The position numbers were made by a program, and so were the translations under genes. A stretch of DNA of 50,134 nt from Candidatus Omnitrophota bacterium (lineage in GTDB: Bacteria; Omnitrophota; Gorgyraeia; JAGLLT01): the NCBI GenBank assembly GCA_023140385.1, contig JAGLLT010000008.1, positions 1 through 50,134 on the forward strand. The letters are read 5' to 3'. Of the stretch, positions 17,927-28,160 are shown one piece after another; positions within the stretch are counted from its first letter, which is position 1, and each line of letters opens with the position of its first letter. The notes below the pieces were generated by a model, which saw only the letters and a list, made by a program, of their open reading frames with translations, made no database searches and was not told where the DNA came from.

Positions 17927-18082
17927 TTAAATGAGAGCGTGAAAAGGTTGTGAATGGGATTGATTAGAGATTATTAATATCTTCACTTTCGAGGTGGTCG
18001 TAGGTATGGTAAAATATAGTTTAAGCTTCGGAGTTAATTCTCCCGTGCCCTAATTGTACGGGATCATTAAGGAGATTCACTT

Positions 18083-21000
18083 ATGAAATCTTTTACTGGA
18101 TTTAAACGAGGGTGTTTTTATTGCTTGGCAGGTGTTTTGTTGGTTTTTGGGCTTGTTGCTATAACCGGCGCGGATGAAGCGGGTTATGGAGAACTGAAGA
18201 TAGAGGCTGAGAAGCTTTTTGGTGAAGGGTCTTATGGGTTGGCGCGCAAGGTCTATTTAAAGGCGGACGTGCTTGAGCTTTCCGCGGAAGAGGCGCGCTG
18301 GGTAGATTTTCGCCTGGCTGATACTATGTGGCGTTCACAGGCGGGAACACAGACGGCTGATAACACAGAGTATGAACAGGCGAGAAAGCAGCTTGAGGAA
18401 TTAATCCGTGACGTTAATCGCCCTGAAGAACAAAATCGGGCCTGGGCTGAGGCGCAGGAGTCGCTGGGTGATTTTTGGTGGACGCGCCGCAATTCGCAAA
18501 ATTGGCATCAGGCCTGGCCTTATTATCAGAAGGCGCTTGACTGGTGGGCGGGGGCAAAAGAAATTGAGTTGGCACGAGGGCGTTACATTAAAATTGTTTG
18601 GAATATAGCCATGCCCTCATGGAGCACAGGAAGGAATTACAGCTACTACTATTACGGTTACTATGGCAATATATTGCCCCTTGAGATACTTGAGAATGTT
18701 CTTAAAATTGCCCAAAAGGAAAACGATAAAGCGAGGGCGCATTATCTTATCGCGATGACCCTTCGCCGGGGCGGCGATTGGCAGAAGCGGGAGCGGGTAG
18801 TTGAGGAGTTTGAGGCCGCGCTTAAGTTAAAGAGATCAACCGATTGGTATGATGACGCGCTTTATCATTACGCGGAGTGGCTTGTCAGTAACGGTAGAGC
18901 TGTTTTACTTAAAGACGGCGGTTGGCAAATGGAGCCCGACTATATAAGAGCGTTGGAATTATTCAGGCGCCTGGTAACAGAGCATCAAAAAGGCGAGACG
19001 CGGTACTTTGATCAGGCAAAAGAACGGATAAAAGAGATTACCGGTCCAAAGGTAAATATTAGAGTTTCACACATATTTCTTCCTGGCTCAGAGATTCAAT
19101 TCTATCTGAACTGGCGCAATGTTGATAACATCAATTTTACACTTTATAAAGTAAACCTTTCCGAAGATGTTGAATTTTTAGGAAGTGACGCGGGAAACAG
19201 CCAATGGCTTGAACATATAGACCTTAGCCGGAGCCGGAAGGTTAAGGCCTGGTCAAAGGCGGTGGAGAATAAAGGCAAGCACAAGCCGCGGCAGGAAACG
19301 GCGCGCCTTGATGATAAACTGCCGCTGGGAGCATACGTTTTAGAGGCAAAAAGTCAGGATGCCCGGAGCCGGGAACTGATACTGGTAACCGATGCCTCGA
19401 TAGTTATGAGGACGTCGGGTAAACAGGCCCTGGTTTACTTCGCGAACGCCCTTGACGGCTCACCTATTAATAGAGCAGTAGTGGAATTGTGGGAGCGGCG
19501 CTATAACGGCCAAAAGTGGATCTGGCGAAGGATGGAAAAAGAGACAGATAAGGACGGTATTTGTGTTTTCGACCTGTCAGACACCAGCAATAATTTAGAA
19601 CTTTTTGCCGGAGCGGCTTTTGGCAATCGCCAGGCGTTTAGTATAGGCAATAGTTATAACTACAACCGCCAAAAAGATAAGTGGCGTGTTTACGCGTCCT
19701 GCGACCGCCCCGCCTACCGGCCGGAAGAAAAGGTCAGCTGGAAGTTTATTGCCCGCAGATATGACGGCGCCGTTTATTCAACGCCGGCTCATCAAACTGT
19801 TGAATTTGAAATCAGAGACCCGCGCGGCAGTGAGGTCAAGAAAGACAAGGTTAAATTAAACGCCTTTGGAAGCGCCTGGGGCTCACTTGAATTAACCGAG
19901 TCTATGCCGCTGGGAGAGTACAGGGTAATCTTCTGGGATGAAAAACGGAGTAACTATATAGGAGAGGCGGTTCTCTTCAGGCTTGAAGAGTATAAGCTGC
20001 CGGAGTTTAAAGTCAGTATACAGACACCGCGGGAAAAAGGACAAAGAAAGGCCTTTTGCCTGGGAGATATAGTAGAAGTAGATATTCAGGCCGACTACTA
20101 TTTTGGCGGGGCGGTAGCTAATGCTGATGTTGAGGTAGTTGTCTATCAAAATCCGTTTTATCATTTCTGGCAGACACCGCGCGACTTCCCCTGGTATTAT
20201 GAAAATACCAACTCATACCGCTCCTACTATGGAGACGGCCAGGTGATTAAGCGGGAGAAGATAAAGACTGACGCGGCAGGCAAGGCTGTCCTAAAATTTG
20301 AGACACCCAAAAACGCGCGGCAGGACTTTGAGTACCGTGTTGAAGCGCGTGTTACCGACGCTTCACGCCGTGAAATCATCGCCAATGAAACTGTGCGTGT
20401 TACGCGGCAGGCTTACTATGTATATTTTGACAACAAACACAACCTTTACCGCCCGCAGGATAAGGTGGAGGTTGATATTAAAACCCTTGATGCCAACAAC
20501 CAGCCGGTGCCAAGAGAAGGCGTAGTGAGGGTAACGAGAGATTACTGGTATGAGGTCTGGGAGACTCCTGACGGCAGAGAGGTAAAGGGCAGGGAGCTAA
20601 AGAGACTGCGCGGGAAATATGGCATTTTCCCGCCGAGCCCGGCAAAGAAAGGTAATAAGCGCTGGCGCCTTAAATTTAGCGGCTATGAGCAGGATGTAGT
20701 TCTGACGCGGACTATTAAGACTGATGTTGAAGGTAAGGCCGAATTCACCTTCACTCCGGAGAGAGAAGGTTATTATCGAATTAGCTGGACGAGCCGGGAT
20801 AAAAGAAATACGCCTATTAATAGCCAGACGACCGTCTGGGTTGCTGTTAATGCTACTACAGAACTTAGTTACCGCCCCGGCGGCGTTGAAATTATCGTTG
20901 ATAAGGATACCTTTAACAGCGGACAAAAAGCGGCTGTGATGCTAAGTGTACCCACCAATGGCCGCTATGTGCTCTTTAGCGTTGAAGGAGATGACCTTTA

Positions 21001-24000
21001 TAGCTACCGGTTAATTCATTTAACCGGCACGGTAAAACTTATTGAACTGCCGGTTGAGCAAAAGCACGTTCCTAACATTTTCCTGAACGCGGTAATGGTG
21101 GCTGACGGGCAGTTGTTTACGGACACCAAGCAGGTTATTGTGCCGCCGGTGGAACATTTTCTTGAGGTTGAAGTAAAGTCTGACCGCGAGGAGTATGAGC
21201 CCCGCGATGAAGGAACACTTACAATAACCACACGTGACCATCAAGGCAGGCCTGTTTCGGCAGAGGTGGCTCTTGGCCTGGTGGATGAATCGGTCTATTA
21301 TATTCAAAAAGATTATGCTCCTGACCCGCGGCAGTTTTATTATGGCACCAAGCGCGGCCACGCTATCCGGATGCAAAGCACCTTTTATCAAAAAAGCTAT
21401 ATGAAATTGGTTGAGGGCGACAAAAACCAGTTAATTGATGAAAAGATTCTCCGAAGGCTGAAGTTGGAGGAACGTGATAAAATCGATCATAAGTATAGCT
21501 ATGACTCATTCGGAGGAAATATCAACGGTGTTGAGAGAATAAGAGTAAGCGGAGATTTATCTGTAATGGATGCCTGTTGTGAATGTAGTGAGGAAAGTGG
21601 ATCAATGATGCAATCAAAGAAAAAAATCGTGGGGAGAGAATTTAAGCTTTGTTCCGGAATGGCGTCGGGCGGGGAGCCGGCCGTTCAGGTGCGCAGTGAC
21701 TTTCGCTCCACTATATTCTGGCAGCCGGATATTATTACCGGCAAAGACGGCAAAGCTGAGGTAAAAGTAAAGTTTGCCGACTCACTTACGGGCTGGAAGG
21801 CATCGGCGCGCGTGGTAAGCCGAGGCAATCAGTTTGGCACAGCCTCTACCAATATGCGGACAAAAAAACCGCTTATCGTCCGCCTGCAGGCGCCGAGATT
21901 TTTTGTTGTCGGCGACGAAGTAACTGTTTCAGCGGTTATAAATAATAATACCAATAAACCTATTAATGTCAGCCCCAATTTAGAAGCGGAGGGGTTGACA
22001 GTTAAAGGTGTCCTTAAGGATGGCAAGCTGAAAAGAACCGATAGACAGCAGGTTAAGGTTGATGCCAATGGCGAAGCGCGGATTGACTGGCTTGTAGCTG
22101 TAGAAAAAGCCGGCGAGGTGAAGCTTATGATATCCGGCCGCGGCGGCAAACATTCGGACGCGATGGAGAAAAAGTATTTTGCTTATGAGCACGGTATTGA
22201 GAAGTTTGTTTCTAAATCCGGCAAGACGCGCTCCGATGAGGTGGTTGTAAAGCTTAATATTCCCAAAGAGCGCAGGCCGGAGACAACTACTTTAAATGTA
22301 CAAATTACACCGAGTATGGCTGTAACTATGCTGGATGCTCTTCCATATCTTATTGACTATCCTTATGGCTGTACAGAGCAGACGTTAAGCCGTTTTTTGC
22401 CGGCCGTAATCACCGCCAAAACCCTTAATGACCTGGGTATTGAACCGGAGGTAATCGCGGGTAAAATTTTTGGCGGCATAGAAGAGGAGTATGCCGGCAA
22501 GACTCATCCTAAAGGTAAAAAAGATCTGAAGAAACTTGACAAGATGGTTAAAGAAGGGCTTGTCCGCCTTTATGATTTTCAGCACAGCGACGGCGGCTGG
22601 GGCTGGTGGAAGAAGGGTGAGAGCGATCATTATATGACGGCCTATGCCGTCTGGGGGCTGGCACTGGCACAGGAGAGCGGCATTAAAGTGAAGAAGGATG
22701 TACTGAGGCGCGGGGCAGATTATCTTGATAAGGAGATTGTTGAAGAGGAAGATAGTTATGATATGCAGGCCTGGATGCTGCACGCGCTTTCTTCTTATCA
22801 CGCCTCTATAAAACAACACAAGGTTGGTAAATTGCAGGTAAAGGCTTTTGAAAATCTCTGGAAGAATAAAGACAGGCTTAACGCTTATACCAGGGCTCTG
22901 CTTGCCCTAAGCGCGGATAATTACGGATATACTGAGAAAGCAAAGATACTTGTTCAGAATCTTGCTAATGGCGTTAAGGTTGATACCAGCCCCGATACAT
23001 CGGTAATACAGCGCGGCAGACAGCAATCGCATAAGGCCGTTATCGGCACCGCCCATTGGGGAGAGGACGGCGTCTATTGGCGCTGGTCCGAAGGCGGGGT
23101 TGAGGCGACCGCCTTTGCTTTACAGGCACTGCTTACTATTGACTCGCAGAACGAGTTGATTGAGCCGGTAACCAACTGGCTTATCAAAAACCGCCGCGGC
23201 GCCCAGTGGAGCAATACACGCGATACAGCTATTACAATTCTTACACTAAATAGATATCTGCGCCAAAGCGGCGAACTTGAGGCAGGCATTGAATACGAAC
23301 TATTCGTAAATAATAAGCTGATTGCCAAAAAGAAGATAACCAAAGAGGATATTTTTAGCGCGCCAAGTGTTTTTGAGATTGATAGGGCTTTGATTAAAAA
23401 CGGCGTAAATGAAATCCGCGTAAGGCGCAAGAAGGGCAATGGCCCGCTTTACTTTGCCGCGCGCGCTAAATTTTTCAGCCTGGAGGAACCAATAACGGCT
23501 TGCGGTAATGAAATATTTGTGCGCCGCCAGTATTACAAACTTGTTGGCCGGCCGACACTGCTTAAAGGCTATGTATATGATAAACAACCGCTTAATGATG
23601 AGGGCATGATTAAGAGCGGCGAGCGGGTTGAGGTTGTGCTTACCATTGAGGCGAAGAATAATTATGAATACCTTGTTTTTGAAGACTTGAAACCTGCCGG
23701 CTTTGAGGCGGTTCAGCTTCAAAGCGGAGAGCCTCTGTACGCGAGAGAATTAAAATCAGGCGCTGTTGAGTATCTCTTTGGCAGCTCCGAAGAAGACGCG
23801 GCCATACTGCCTCCCGAACCTGATGGGAACGCGGATGATTATACCGGCCGCAGGCGCTGGATTTATCAGGAACTGCGCGACCGCAAAGTAGTATTATTTA
23901 TTGATAAACTCCCCGAAGGCGTCTGGGAAATCCGCTATAACCTGCGGGCCGAGGTGCCGGGTAAGTTCCACGCCCTGCCGGTGCTCGGACACGCGATGTA

Positions 24001-24055
24001 CGTACCGGAGATTCGCGCCAACGGCCGGGAGGCACGAATAACAGTTGAAGAATGA
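18083..24055 (+). CDS. Bacterial alpha-2-macroglobulin family protein (1990 aa)
   Basis: Signal peptide, DRPAYRP, EEYKLPEF, RSDF...IFW, thioester YPYGCTEQ, DGGWGWW, WSNTRDTA, MYVPE. Confidence 0.95.
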   Translation: MKSFTGFKRGCFYCLAGVLLVFGLVAITGADEAGYGELKIEAEKLFGEGSYGLARKVYLKADVLELSAEEARWVDFRLADTMWRSQAGTQTADNTEYEQARKQLEELIRDVNRPEEQNRAWAEAQESLGDFWWTRRNSQNWHQAWPYYQKALDWWAGAKEIELARGRYIKIVWNIAMPSWSTGRNYSYYYYGYYGNILPLEILENVLKIAQKENDKARAHYLIAMTLRRGGDWQKRERVVEEFEAALKLKRSTDWYDDALYHYAEWLVSNGRAVLLKDGGWQMEPDYIRALELFRRLVTEHQKGETRYFDQAKERIKEITGPKVNIRVSHIFLPGSEIQFYLNWRNVDNINFTLYKVNLSEDVEFLGSDAGNSQWLEHIDLSRSRKVKAWSKAVENKGKHKPRQETARLDDKLPLGAYVLEAKSQDARSRELILVTDASIVMRTSGKQALVYFANALDGSPINRAVVELWERRYNGQKWIWRRMEKETDKDGICVFDLSDTSNNLELFAGAAFGNRQAFSIGNSYNYNRQKDKWRVYASCDRPAYRPEEKVSWKFIARRYDGAVYSTPAHQTVEFEIRDPRGSEVKKDKVKLNAFGSAWGSLELTESMPLGEYRVIFWDEKRSNYIGEAVLFRLEEYKLPEFKVSIQTPREKGQRKAFCLGDIVEVDIQADYYFGGAVANADVEVVVYQNPFYHFWQTPRDFPWYYENTNSYRSYYGDGQVIKREKIKTDAAGKAVLKFETPKNARQDFEYRVEARVTDASRREIIANETVRVTRQAYYVYFDNKHNLYRPQDKVEVDIKTLDANNQPVPREGVVRVTRDYWYEVWETPDGREVKGRELKRLRGKYGIFPPSPAKKGNKRWRLKFSGYEQDVVLTRTIKTDVEGKAEFTFTPEREGYYRISWTSRDKRNTPINSQTTVWVAVNATTELSYRPGGVEIIVDKDTFNSGQKAAVMLSVPTNGRYVLFSVEGDDLYSYRLIHLTGTVKLIELPVEQKHVPNIFLNAVMVADGQLFTDTKQVIVPPVEHFLEVEVKSDREEYEPRDEGTLTITTRDHQGRPVSAEVALGLVDESVYYIQKDYAPDPRQFYYGTKRGHAIRMQSTFYQKSYMKLVEGDKNQLIDEKILRRLKLEERDKIDHKYSYDSFGGNINGVERIRVSGDLSVMDACCECSEESGSMMQSKKKIVGREFKLCSGMASGGEPAVQVRSDFRSTIFWQPDIITGKDGKAEVKVKFADSLTGWKASARVVSRGNQFGTASTNMRTKKPLIVRLQAPRFFVVGDEVTVSAVINNNTNKPINVSPNLEAEGLTVKGVLKDGKLKRTDRQQVKVDANGEARIDWLVAVEKAGEVKLMISGRGGKHSDAMEKKYFAYEHGIEKFVSKSGKTRSDEVVVKLNIPKERRPETTTLNVQITPSMAVTMLDALPYLIDYPYGCTEQTLSRFLPAVITAKTLNDLGIEPEVIAGKIFGGIEEEYAGKTHPKGKKDLKKLDKMVKEGLVRLYDFQHSDGGWGWWKKGESDHYMTAYAVWGLALAQESGIKVKKDVLRRGADYLDKEIVEEEDSYDMQAWMLHALSSYHASIKQHKVGKLQVKAFENLWKNKDRLNAYTRALLALSADNYGYTEKAKILVQNLANGVKVDTSPDTSVIQRGRQQSHKAVIGTAHWGEDGVYWRWSEGGVEATAFALQALLTIDSQNELIEPVTNWLIKNRRGAQWSNTRDTAITILTLNRYLRQSGELEAGIEYELFVNNKLIAKKKITKEDIFSAPSVFEIDRALIKNGVNEIRVRRKKGNGPLYFAARAKFFSLEEPITACGNEIFVRRQYYKLVGRPTLLKGYVYDKQPLNDEGMIKSGERVEVVLTIEAKNNYEYLVFEDLKPAGFEAVQLQSGEPLYARELKSGAVEYLFGSSEEDAAILPPEPDGNADDYTGRRRWIYQELRDRKVVLFIDKLPEGVWEIRYNLRAEVPGKFHALPVLGHAMYVPEIRANGREARITVEE

Positions 24056-24159
24056 CATAAAAGGTATAAACTTTTTGCTTGCGGGAGGAAGTGGGAGGTG
24101 CTATAGTAAAATTAGGTATTATTGTAAATGTCCATTAAGCCGAGGGGGGGGAAGTTTTA

Positions 24160-24471
24160 ATGAAAAAAGAAGAGCTTAAGAAAAAAATTGATAAGCTGTG
24201 GGAAACCAGTAAAAATGACCTGGAAAAGATTATGAAGAACGCTGAACGCCTGGCTAAGGATGGCGAGCGTTACATTAAAGATAAGTCTGAGAAGGGAAAG
24301 AAGCAGTTGGAGATAGCGGCTCTGGCCTTACAGAGAGAGAAGCTGTATTATGAATTAGGCAAAGTTTTGGCTAAAACCCCAAAGGCCAAATGGGCCGGCA
24401 CCAAAAAAGCGCTTGATATTGTAACTAAGATTAAAGGTATTAATCTTAAAATAGGACAGAAAAAAAGATAA
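24160..24471 (+). CDS. Hypothetical basic coiled-coil protein
   Basis: 103 aa ORF with G-rich RBS. Confidence 0.7.
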   Translation: MKKEELKKKIDKLWETSKNDLEKIMKNAERLAKDGERYIKDKSEKGKKQLEIAALALQREKLYYELGKVLAKTPKAKWAGTKKALDIVTKIKGINLKIGQKKR

Positions 24472-24647
24472 AAAACGGGGTAGGGTTATATTTTTAGTCT
24501 AAAATAACACCCTGCCCCTCTCTTTTGTAATGGTGTTTTAATTGAGCATAAAAAACACAGGGCTATTAGAGGCGACTTCGGGTGCTATTGATTTTTATCT
24601 TTAAAGTGGTATAATTGCCAAAAGAGACTTTTAAAAAGGTGGAGCGC

Positions 24648-25019
24648 GTGAAAAAAGGCATAGCTCTTTTTTTTATCTTGTTTGGCCTGTGCGGTTGTTC
24701 GCAGGGATTGATGAGATTGATAGAGGTTGGTAAAAGCCAGGAGGGATTCCAGAAGGAGTTAGTCAAAGAAACGGAAAACTTTGAGGCTGTTAAAGAGGCT
24801 ATAGGAAGCGGTGAGATTAAGACGGGCTGGTCCCGGGATTCCATTAGAGAACTTTGCGGCGGGCCGGTTGTTGTGATCTATGAGGAAAATGACGAAGAAA
24901 AATGGGTTTATAAGCCGGGGCACGCGACCTTTTTTGACAATAATAAAGTGTATCTATTTTTTGATAAAGAGGGCTTGTTAAAAAATTACGAAATTTTAAC
25001 TAAGCCCGATAATAAATAA
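24648..25019 (+). CDS. Putative lipoprotein, SmpA/BamE-like
   Basis: Lipobox LCGC; GWS...GGP...EKWVY...YLFFD pattern; GTG start after GGAG. Confidence 0.6.
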   Translation: MKKGIALFFILFGLCGCSQGLMRLIEVGKSQEGFQKELVKETENFEAVKEAIGSGEIKTGWSRDSIRELCGGPVVVIYEENDEEKWVYKPGHATFFDNNKVYLFFDKEGLLKNYEILTKPDNK

Positions 25020-25028
25020 GGCAACTAT

Positions 25029-25421
25029 ATGAAGCAAGATTATTCAGGCCCGGAGAGGCGCGAGAACAAGAGGGTAGATGTTAGTTTTATTATTGCTTAT
25101 AGAGTAAATAAAGCACCTACTATCTTTATGCTTGTGGGAGGTAAAGAAGTTTATGCTTTGATGATGGATTTAAGTGAAGGAGGTATGGCACTTTTGACAG
25201 AGTACGAGATACCGGTTGGCACTGAACTATCCATTAAGTTTACTTTGATTAATTTTGAGGTTGAAAAAGAGCATCGTACCCGGGTAATGAAGATAACCGG
25301 CAAAGTAAAATACTGCGGCCCCAGCGAAAAAGAAGAAAACCGCTTAGGTATAAGTTTTACCCAGATAAAAAAGGAAGATAAGGCAGCTATAGCCAATTTT
25401 GTGAAGACAATAAAAGCGTAA
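25029..25421 (+). CDS. PilZ domain protein
   Basis: RxxxR (RENKR) and DxSxxG (DLSEGG) c-di-GMP motifs. Confidence 0.88.
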   Translation: MKQDYSGPERRENKRVDVSFIIAYRVNKAPTIFMLVGGKEVYALMMDLSEGGMALLTEYEIPVGTELSIKFTLINFEVEKEHRTRVMKITGKVKYCGPSEKEENRLGISFTQIKKEDKAAIANFVKTIKA

Positions 25422-25451
25422 TTTATGTTTTGATAAACAATTGCGGGTCAA

Positions 25452-25892
25452 GTGAGACGAATTCTAAAGTTATTTATTTTCCTAACGATTTTTCTTCTAA
25501 TAGCCGCCAGCATTTTTTATTCTATTGATAAACAGATCCTTGTAGAAAGGCTTATTTCACGTCTACCCATAGACAAGCACATACCCTATGGTAGAGGCAC
25601 AATCCTGATAAAGGAAGTAAAGGGAAATAGGCTGGTGGGTGTAGAAATTTATGACAGACACGATCCTCTAAAAGAAGTGGTAATTCGAGCCGAAAGCGCC
25701 GACTTTATTATTGATGACCGAGGCAGGAAAATGGATATAATCTTACGTAACGGAACCATTGAAGAAAAAATGCTTAAAAATGAAGACAAAGTGTACTTGA
25801 TGAGTTTTAAAGAATATACAATGACTATTGATCCCACGGAGATTAACAAAAAGCTAAAAAAGCTTAGGAAAAAGATTGAGGAGCACGATTAA
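25452..25892 (+). CDS. Membrane-anchored protein resembling the LptF/G periplasmic beta-jellyroll
   Basis: N-terminal TM; GNRLVGVEIYD...IRAESA...LRNG pattern. Confidence 0.45.
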   Translation: MRRILKLFIFLTIFLLIAASIFYSIDKQILVERLISRLPIDKHIPYGRGTILIKEVKGNRLVGVEIYDRHDPLKEVVIRAESADFIIDDRGRKMDIILRNGTIEEKMLKNEDKVYLMSFKEYTMTIDPTEINKKLKKLRKKIEEHD

Positions 25893-25918
25893 GCAGAAAA
25901 TAGTAAAAAAATGAACCC

Positions 25919-25954
25919 AAAAGAACAACCCGCGAAACGTGAGGTTGTTTTTTT
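25919..25954 (+). terminator. Intrinsic terminator
   Basis: AACAACC...GGTTGTT stem followed by T tract. Confidence 0.65.
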
Positions 25955-25970
25955 GTCTCTATTAGAGCCC

Positions 25971-25999
25971 TTGACAATGAAATACATATATTGTAGTAT
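25971..25999 (+). promoter_or_regulatory. sigma70 promoter of tRNA-Ser(GCT)
   Basis: TTGACA-17 bp-TAGTAT. Confidence 0.7.
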
Positions 26000-26022
26000 G
26001 ATTACTGCTAAAGGGTTAATAC

Positions 26023-26116
26023 GGAGAGGTGCCTGAGTGGCTGAAGGGAGCCGCCTGCTAAGCGGTTGTCCTGCCTAAAAGCGGGACCCTGGGTTCAAAT
26101 CCCAGCCTCTCCGCCA
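26023..26116 (+). tRNA. tRNA-Ser(GCT)
   Basis: GGAGAGG/CCTCTCC, GCCGC-CTGCTAA-GCGGT, long variable arm, GTTCAAATC, CCA. Confidence 0.95.
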
Positions 26117-26291
26117 GCGTACCACGTAGGGTACGGTGCGTGTCTAGTACCCGATGTGGTACTAGGCGCGGCACCGCATAGGATACGTTTAATACCAAAA
26201 TTAGTCTGGTACAGGGCTGTGCCCCGTACCAAGAACAAGTCTGGTACAGGGCTGCGCCCCGTACCCGAAAGTACTTGAGTGGTACGGGGAG
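26115..26291 (+). repeat. Cluster of GTAC-family palindromes after tRNA-Ser(GCT)
   Basis: CGTACC/GGTACG, CTAGTACC/GGTACTAG, two AGTCTGGTACAGGGCTG.GCCCCGTACC units, CCCCGTACC/GGTACGGGG. Confidence 0.9.
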
Positions 26292-26297
26292 TTGATT

Positions 26298-27074
26298 ATG
26301 CCGGATACTTTTTTATTGACTATACTTTTTATTGCCGTAACTACGGTAATTACCGCTTTCGTTAAAGGGAAGAGCAGGGATAGGTGCTTGATGGACTTGT
26401 CCGGCGACGTGGTTGAAGTTGAGATGGTAAACGGCAAGGTTATCTGGGGCAGGCTGAAGGTAGAAAGCACGGGTTTAGAGTTAAGCTATTTAGAAAAACA
26501 CAAAGACGAAGACGGACATGACGAATATAGCTATATGCTATATAAAAATGAGTTTGCGGGTATACAGGCTCTGGTGTTGTATCACGATAAACTGGATGAA
26601 AAGAGCAGAAAAAATAGAGAAGAAGAGTTAAAAAAAACATACCGCCCCGGCTTTTTCAGGCGCTTTAAGAGAAAGATAAGAAACTTCTTTGCCACCGTCA
26701 GAGACTCTATTTTAGAGGTAGTTAATCTTTTTATGGGCCAGGCAAAGAAGATGTCTCCGGCTAAAGGTGTACTCACTTCTCAGGATAAATACGTTAACAA
26801 GATGAAGAGCAATCTTTTTGGTATGTCGGCGACCGCTTATGAGCCCCTTCTGGAAAAGCACATCGGTAAAAAGGTTGTGCTTGAACTGCGAAGAGGAGAT
26901 AAATCATGTGAGTACGTGGGTGTTTTAAAAGACTACACGGCGGAGTTTATTGAAGTTATTGATATTAGTTACAAAAAAGAAAGCAGTGAAGCGGCCAAAA
27001 AAACAGACTTTGTAGTTCCCCGCTCCCTCGGTATCATAAGGCACTTAGCAGAACAACAAATCTTGCGCCCATAA
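26298..27074 (+). CDS. Conserved-looking hypothetical protein with N-terminal TM helix
   Basis: 258 aa ORF from ATG after GGGGAG; no family recognised with confidence. Confidence 0.75.
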   Translation: MPDTFLLTILFIAVTTVITAFVKGKSRDRCLMDLSGDVVEVEMVNGKVIWGRLKVESTGLELSYLEKHKDEDGHDEYSYMLYKNEFAGIQALVLYHDKLDEKSRKNREEELKKTYRPGFFRRFKRKIRNFFATVRDSILEVVNLFMGQAKKMSPAKGVLTSQDKYVNKMKSNLFGMSATAYEPLLEKHIGKKVVLELRRGDKSCEYVGVLKDYTAEFIEVIDISYKKESSEAAKKTDFVVPRSLGIIRHLAEQQILRP

Positions 27075-27080
27075 TAGCTT

Positions 27081-27141
27081 CCTCCTTCGCTAAAGCTTCC
27101 GCCTTCGCTCTAAAGCTACGGCGGACGGGGCGGCGGACGGG
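27081..27141 (+). repeat. Nested CCTTCGCTAAAGCT-type palindromes (CTTCG family)
   Basis: CCTCCTTCGCTAAAGCT followed by CCGCCTTCGCTCTAAAGCTACGGCGG; related reverse copy at 45012-45036. Confidence 0.75.
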
Positions 27142-27172
27142 ACGCTATGGCTTAAGTAGAAAATTCACAGAT

Positions 27173-27249
27173 GCGCCCATAGCTCAATTGGACAGAGTAG
27201 CGGTCTACGAAACCGTTGGTTCCCCGTTCGAATCGGGGTGGGCGCGCCA
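27173..27249 (+). tRNA. tRNA-Arg(ACG)
   Basis: GCGCCCA/TGGGCGC, GCGGT-CTACGAA-ACCGT, GTTCGAATC, CCA. Confidence 0.95.
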
Positions 27250-27394
27250 CCGTACCATTCGCAAAATTTTTAAATTTTGCTCAGGTACGGTGCGCGGCAC
27301 AGGGTTAGTTTAGTGTTGAGTATGTCTAATACAGAGATTAGTCTGGTACAGAGGCGTGTCCCGTACCCGAAAGCATTTGAGTGGTACGGGGAGG
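27248..27394 (+). repeat. GTAC-family palindromes between tRNA-Arg and GIY-YIG gene
   Basis: CACCGTACC-[GCAAAATTT/AAATTTTGC insert]-GGTACGGTGCGCGGCAC; TTAGTCTGGTACAG...CCCGTACCCGAAAG...GAGTGGTACGGGGAG as at 26201-26291. Confidence 0.9.
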
Positions 27395-27401
27395 ATTAAA
27401 A

Positions 27402-27662
27402 ATGTATTTTGTTTATGTACTTATAAGTAAAAAGGATAAGGCTTTTTATATTGGTTTTACGGAAAATGTTGAAAAGAGATTGAGTGAACACAATAGAGGC
27501 GAGGCGGTAAGCACCAAGTCAAGAAGGCCGCTTGTATTGATGTATTATGAGGCGCACTTATCGAAGATAGACGCATTGAGAAGAGAAAGGTATTTTAAAT
27601 CTAGTAAGGGAAGAACTACGTTAAAGCAAATGCTCTGCGAGAGTTTGAGAAGCGGTTTATAA
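27402..27662 (+). CDS. Stand-alone GIY-YIG nuclease (86 aa)
   Basis: FVYVL...FYIG, KRLSEHN, STKSRRP, RRERYFK. Confidence 0.92.
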   Translation: MYFVYVLISKKDKAFYIGFTENVEKRLSEHNRGEAVSTKSRRPLVLMYYEAHLSKIDALRRERYFKSSKGRTTLKQMLCESLRSGL

Positions 27663-27671
27663 TTGATAAAG

Positions 27672-28133
27672 ATGAATGATGAATATTATATGCGGGAGGC
27701 GCTGAAGCTTGCCGTTGAAGCTTTTAAGGCGGATGAAGTGCCGATGGGGGCGGTGATAGTACATAAAGATAGAATTATTGCCAAAGCCCACAATCAAATA
27801 AAGACCCTAAAAGACCCCACGGCTCACGCTGAGATGATTGCCATTACTCAGGCGGCCAGTTATCTTAAAAACGAACGCCTCATTGATACTGTGATGTATG
27901 TAACCATTGAACCTTGCGCGATGTGTATGGGCGCCTTGATACTGGCCAGAGTTAACAGGCTTGTTTACGGAGCGGATGACAGTAAAGCCGGCGCCTGCGG
28001 TTCGGTGATGGATTTATCAGATAATAAAAAATTAAATCACAGCATAGAGGTTAAAAACGGCATTCTTGAAGATAGCTGCCGTGATATTATACAAGAGTTT
28101 TTTAAATTAAAAAGAAAGAAGATCCTTCGCTGA
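27672..28133 (+). CDS. tadA: tRNA adenosine(34) deaminase
   Basis: DEVPMGA, DPTAHAEM, TIEPCAMC; adjacent to its substrate tRNA-Arg(ACG). Confidence 0.95.
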   Translation: MNDEYYMREALKLAVEAFKADEVPMGAVIVHKDRIIAKAHNQIKTLKDPTAHAEMIAITQAASYLKNERLIDTVMYVTIEPCAMCMGALILARVNRLVYGADDSKAGACGSVMDLSDNKKLNHSIEVKNGILEDSCRDIIQEFFKLKRKKILR

Positions 28134-28160
28134 AGAAGCGGTGAAAAGCAATTATAACAT

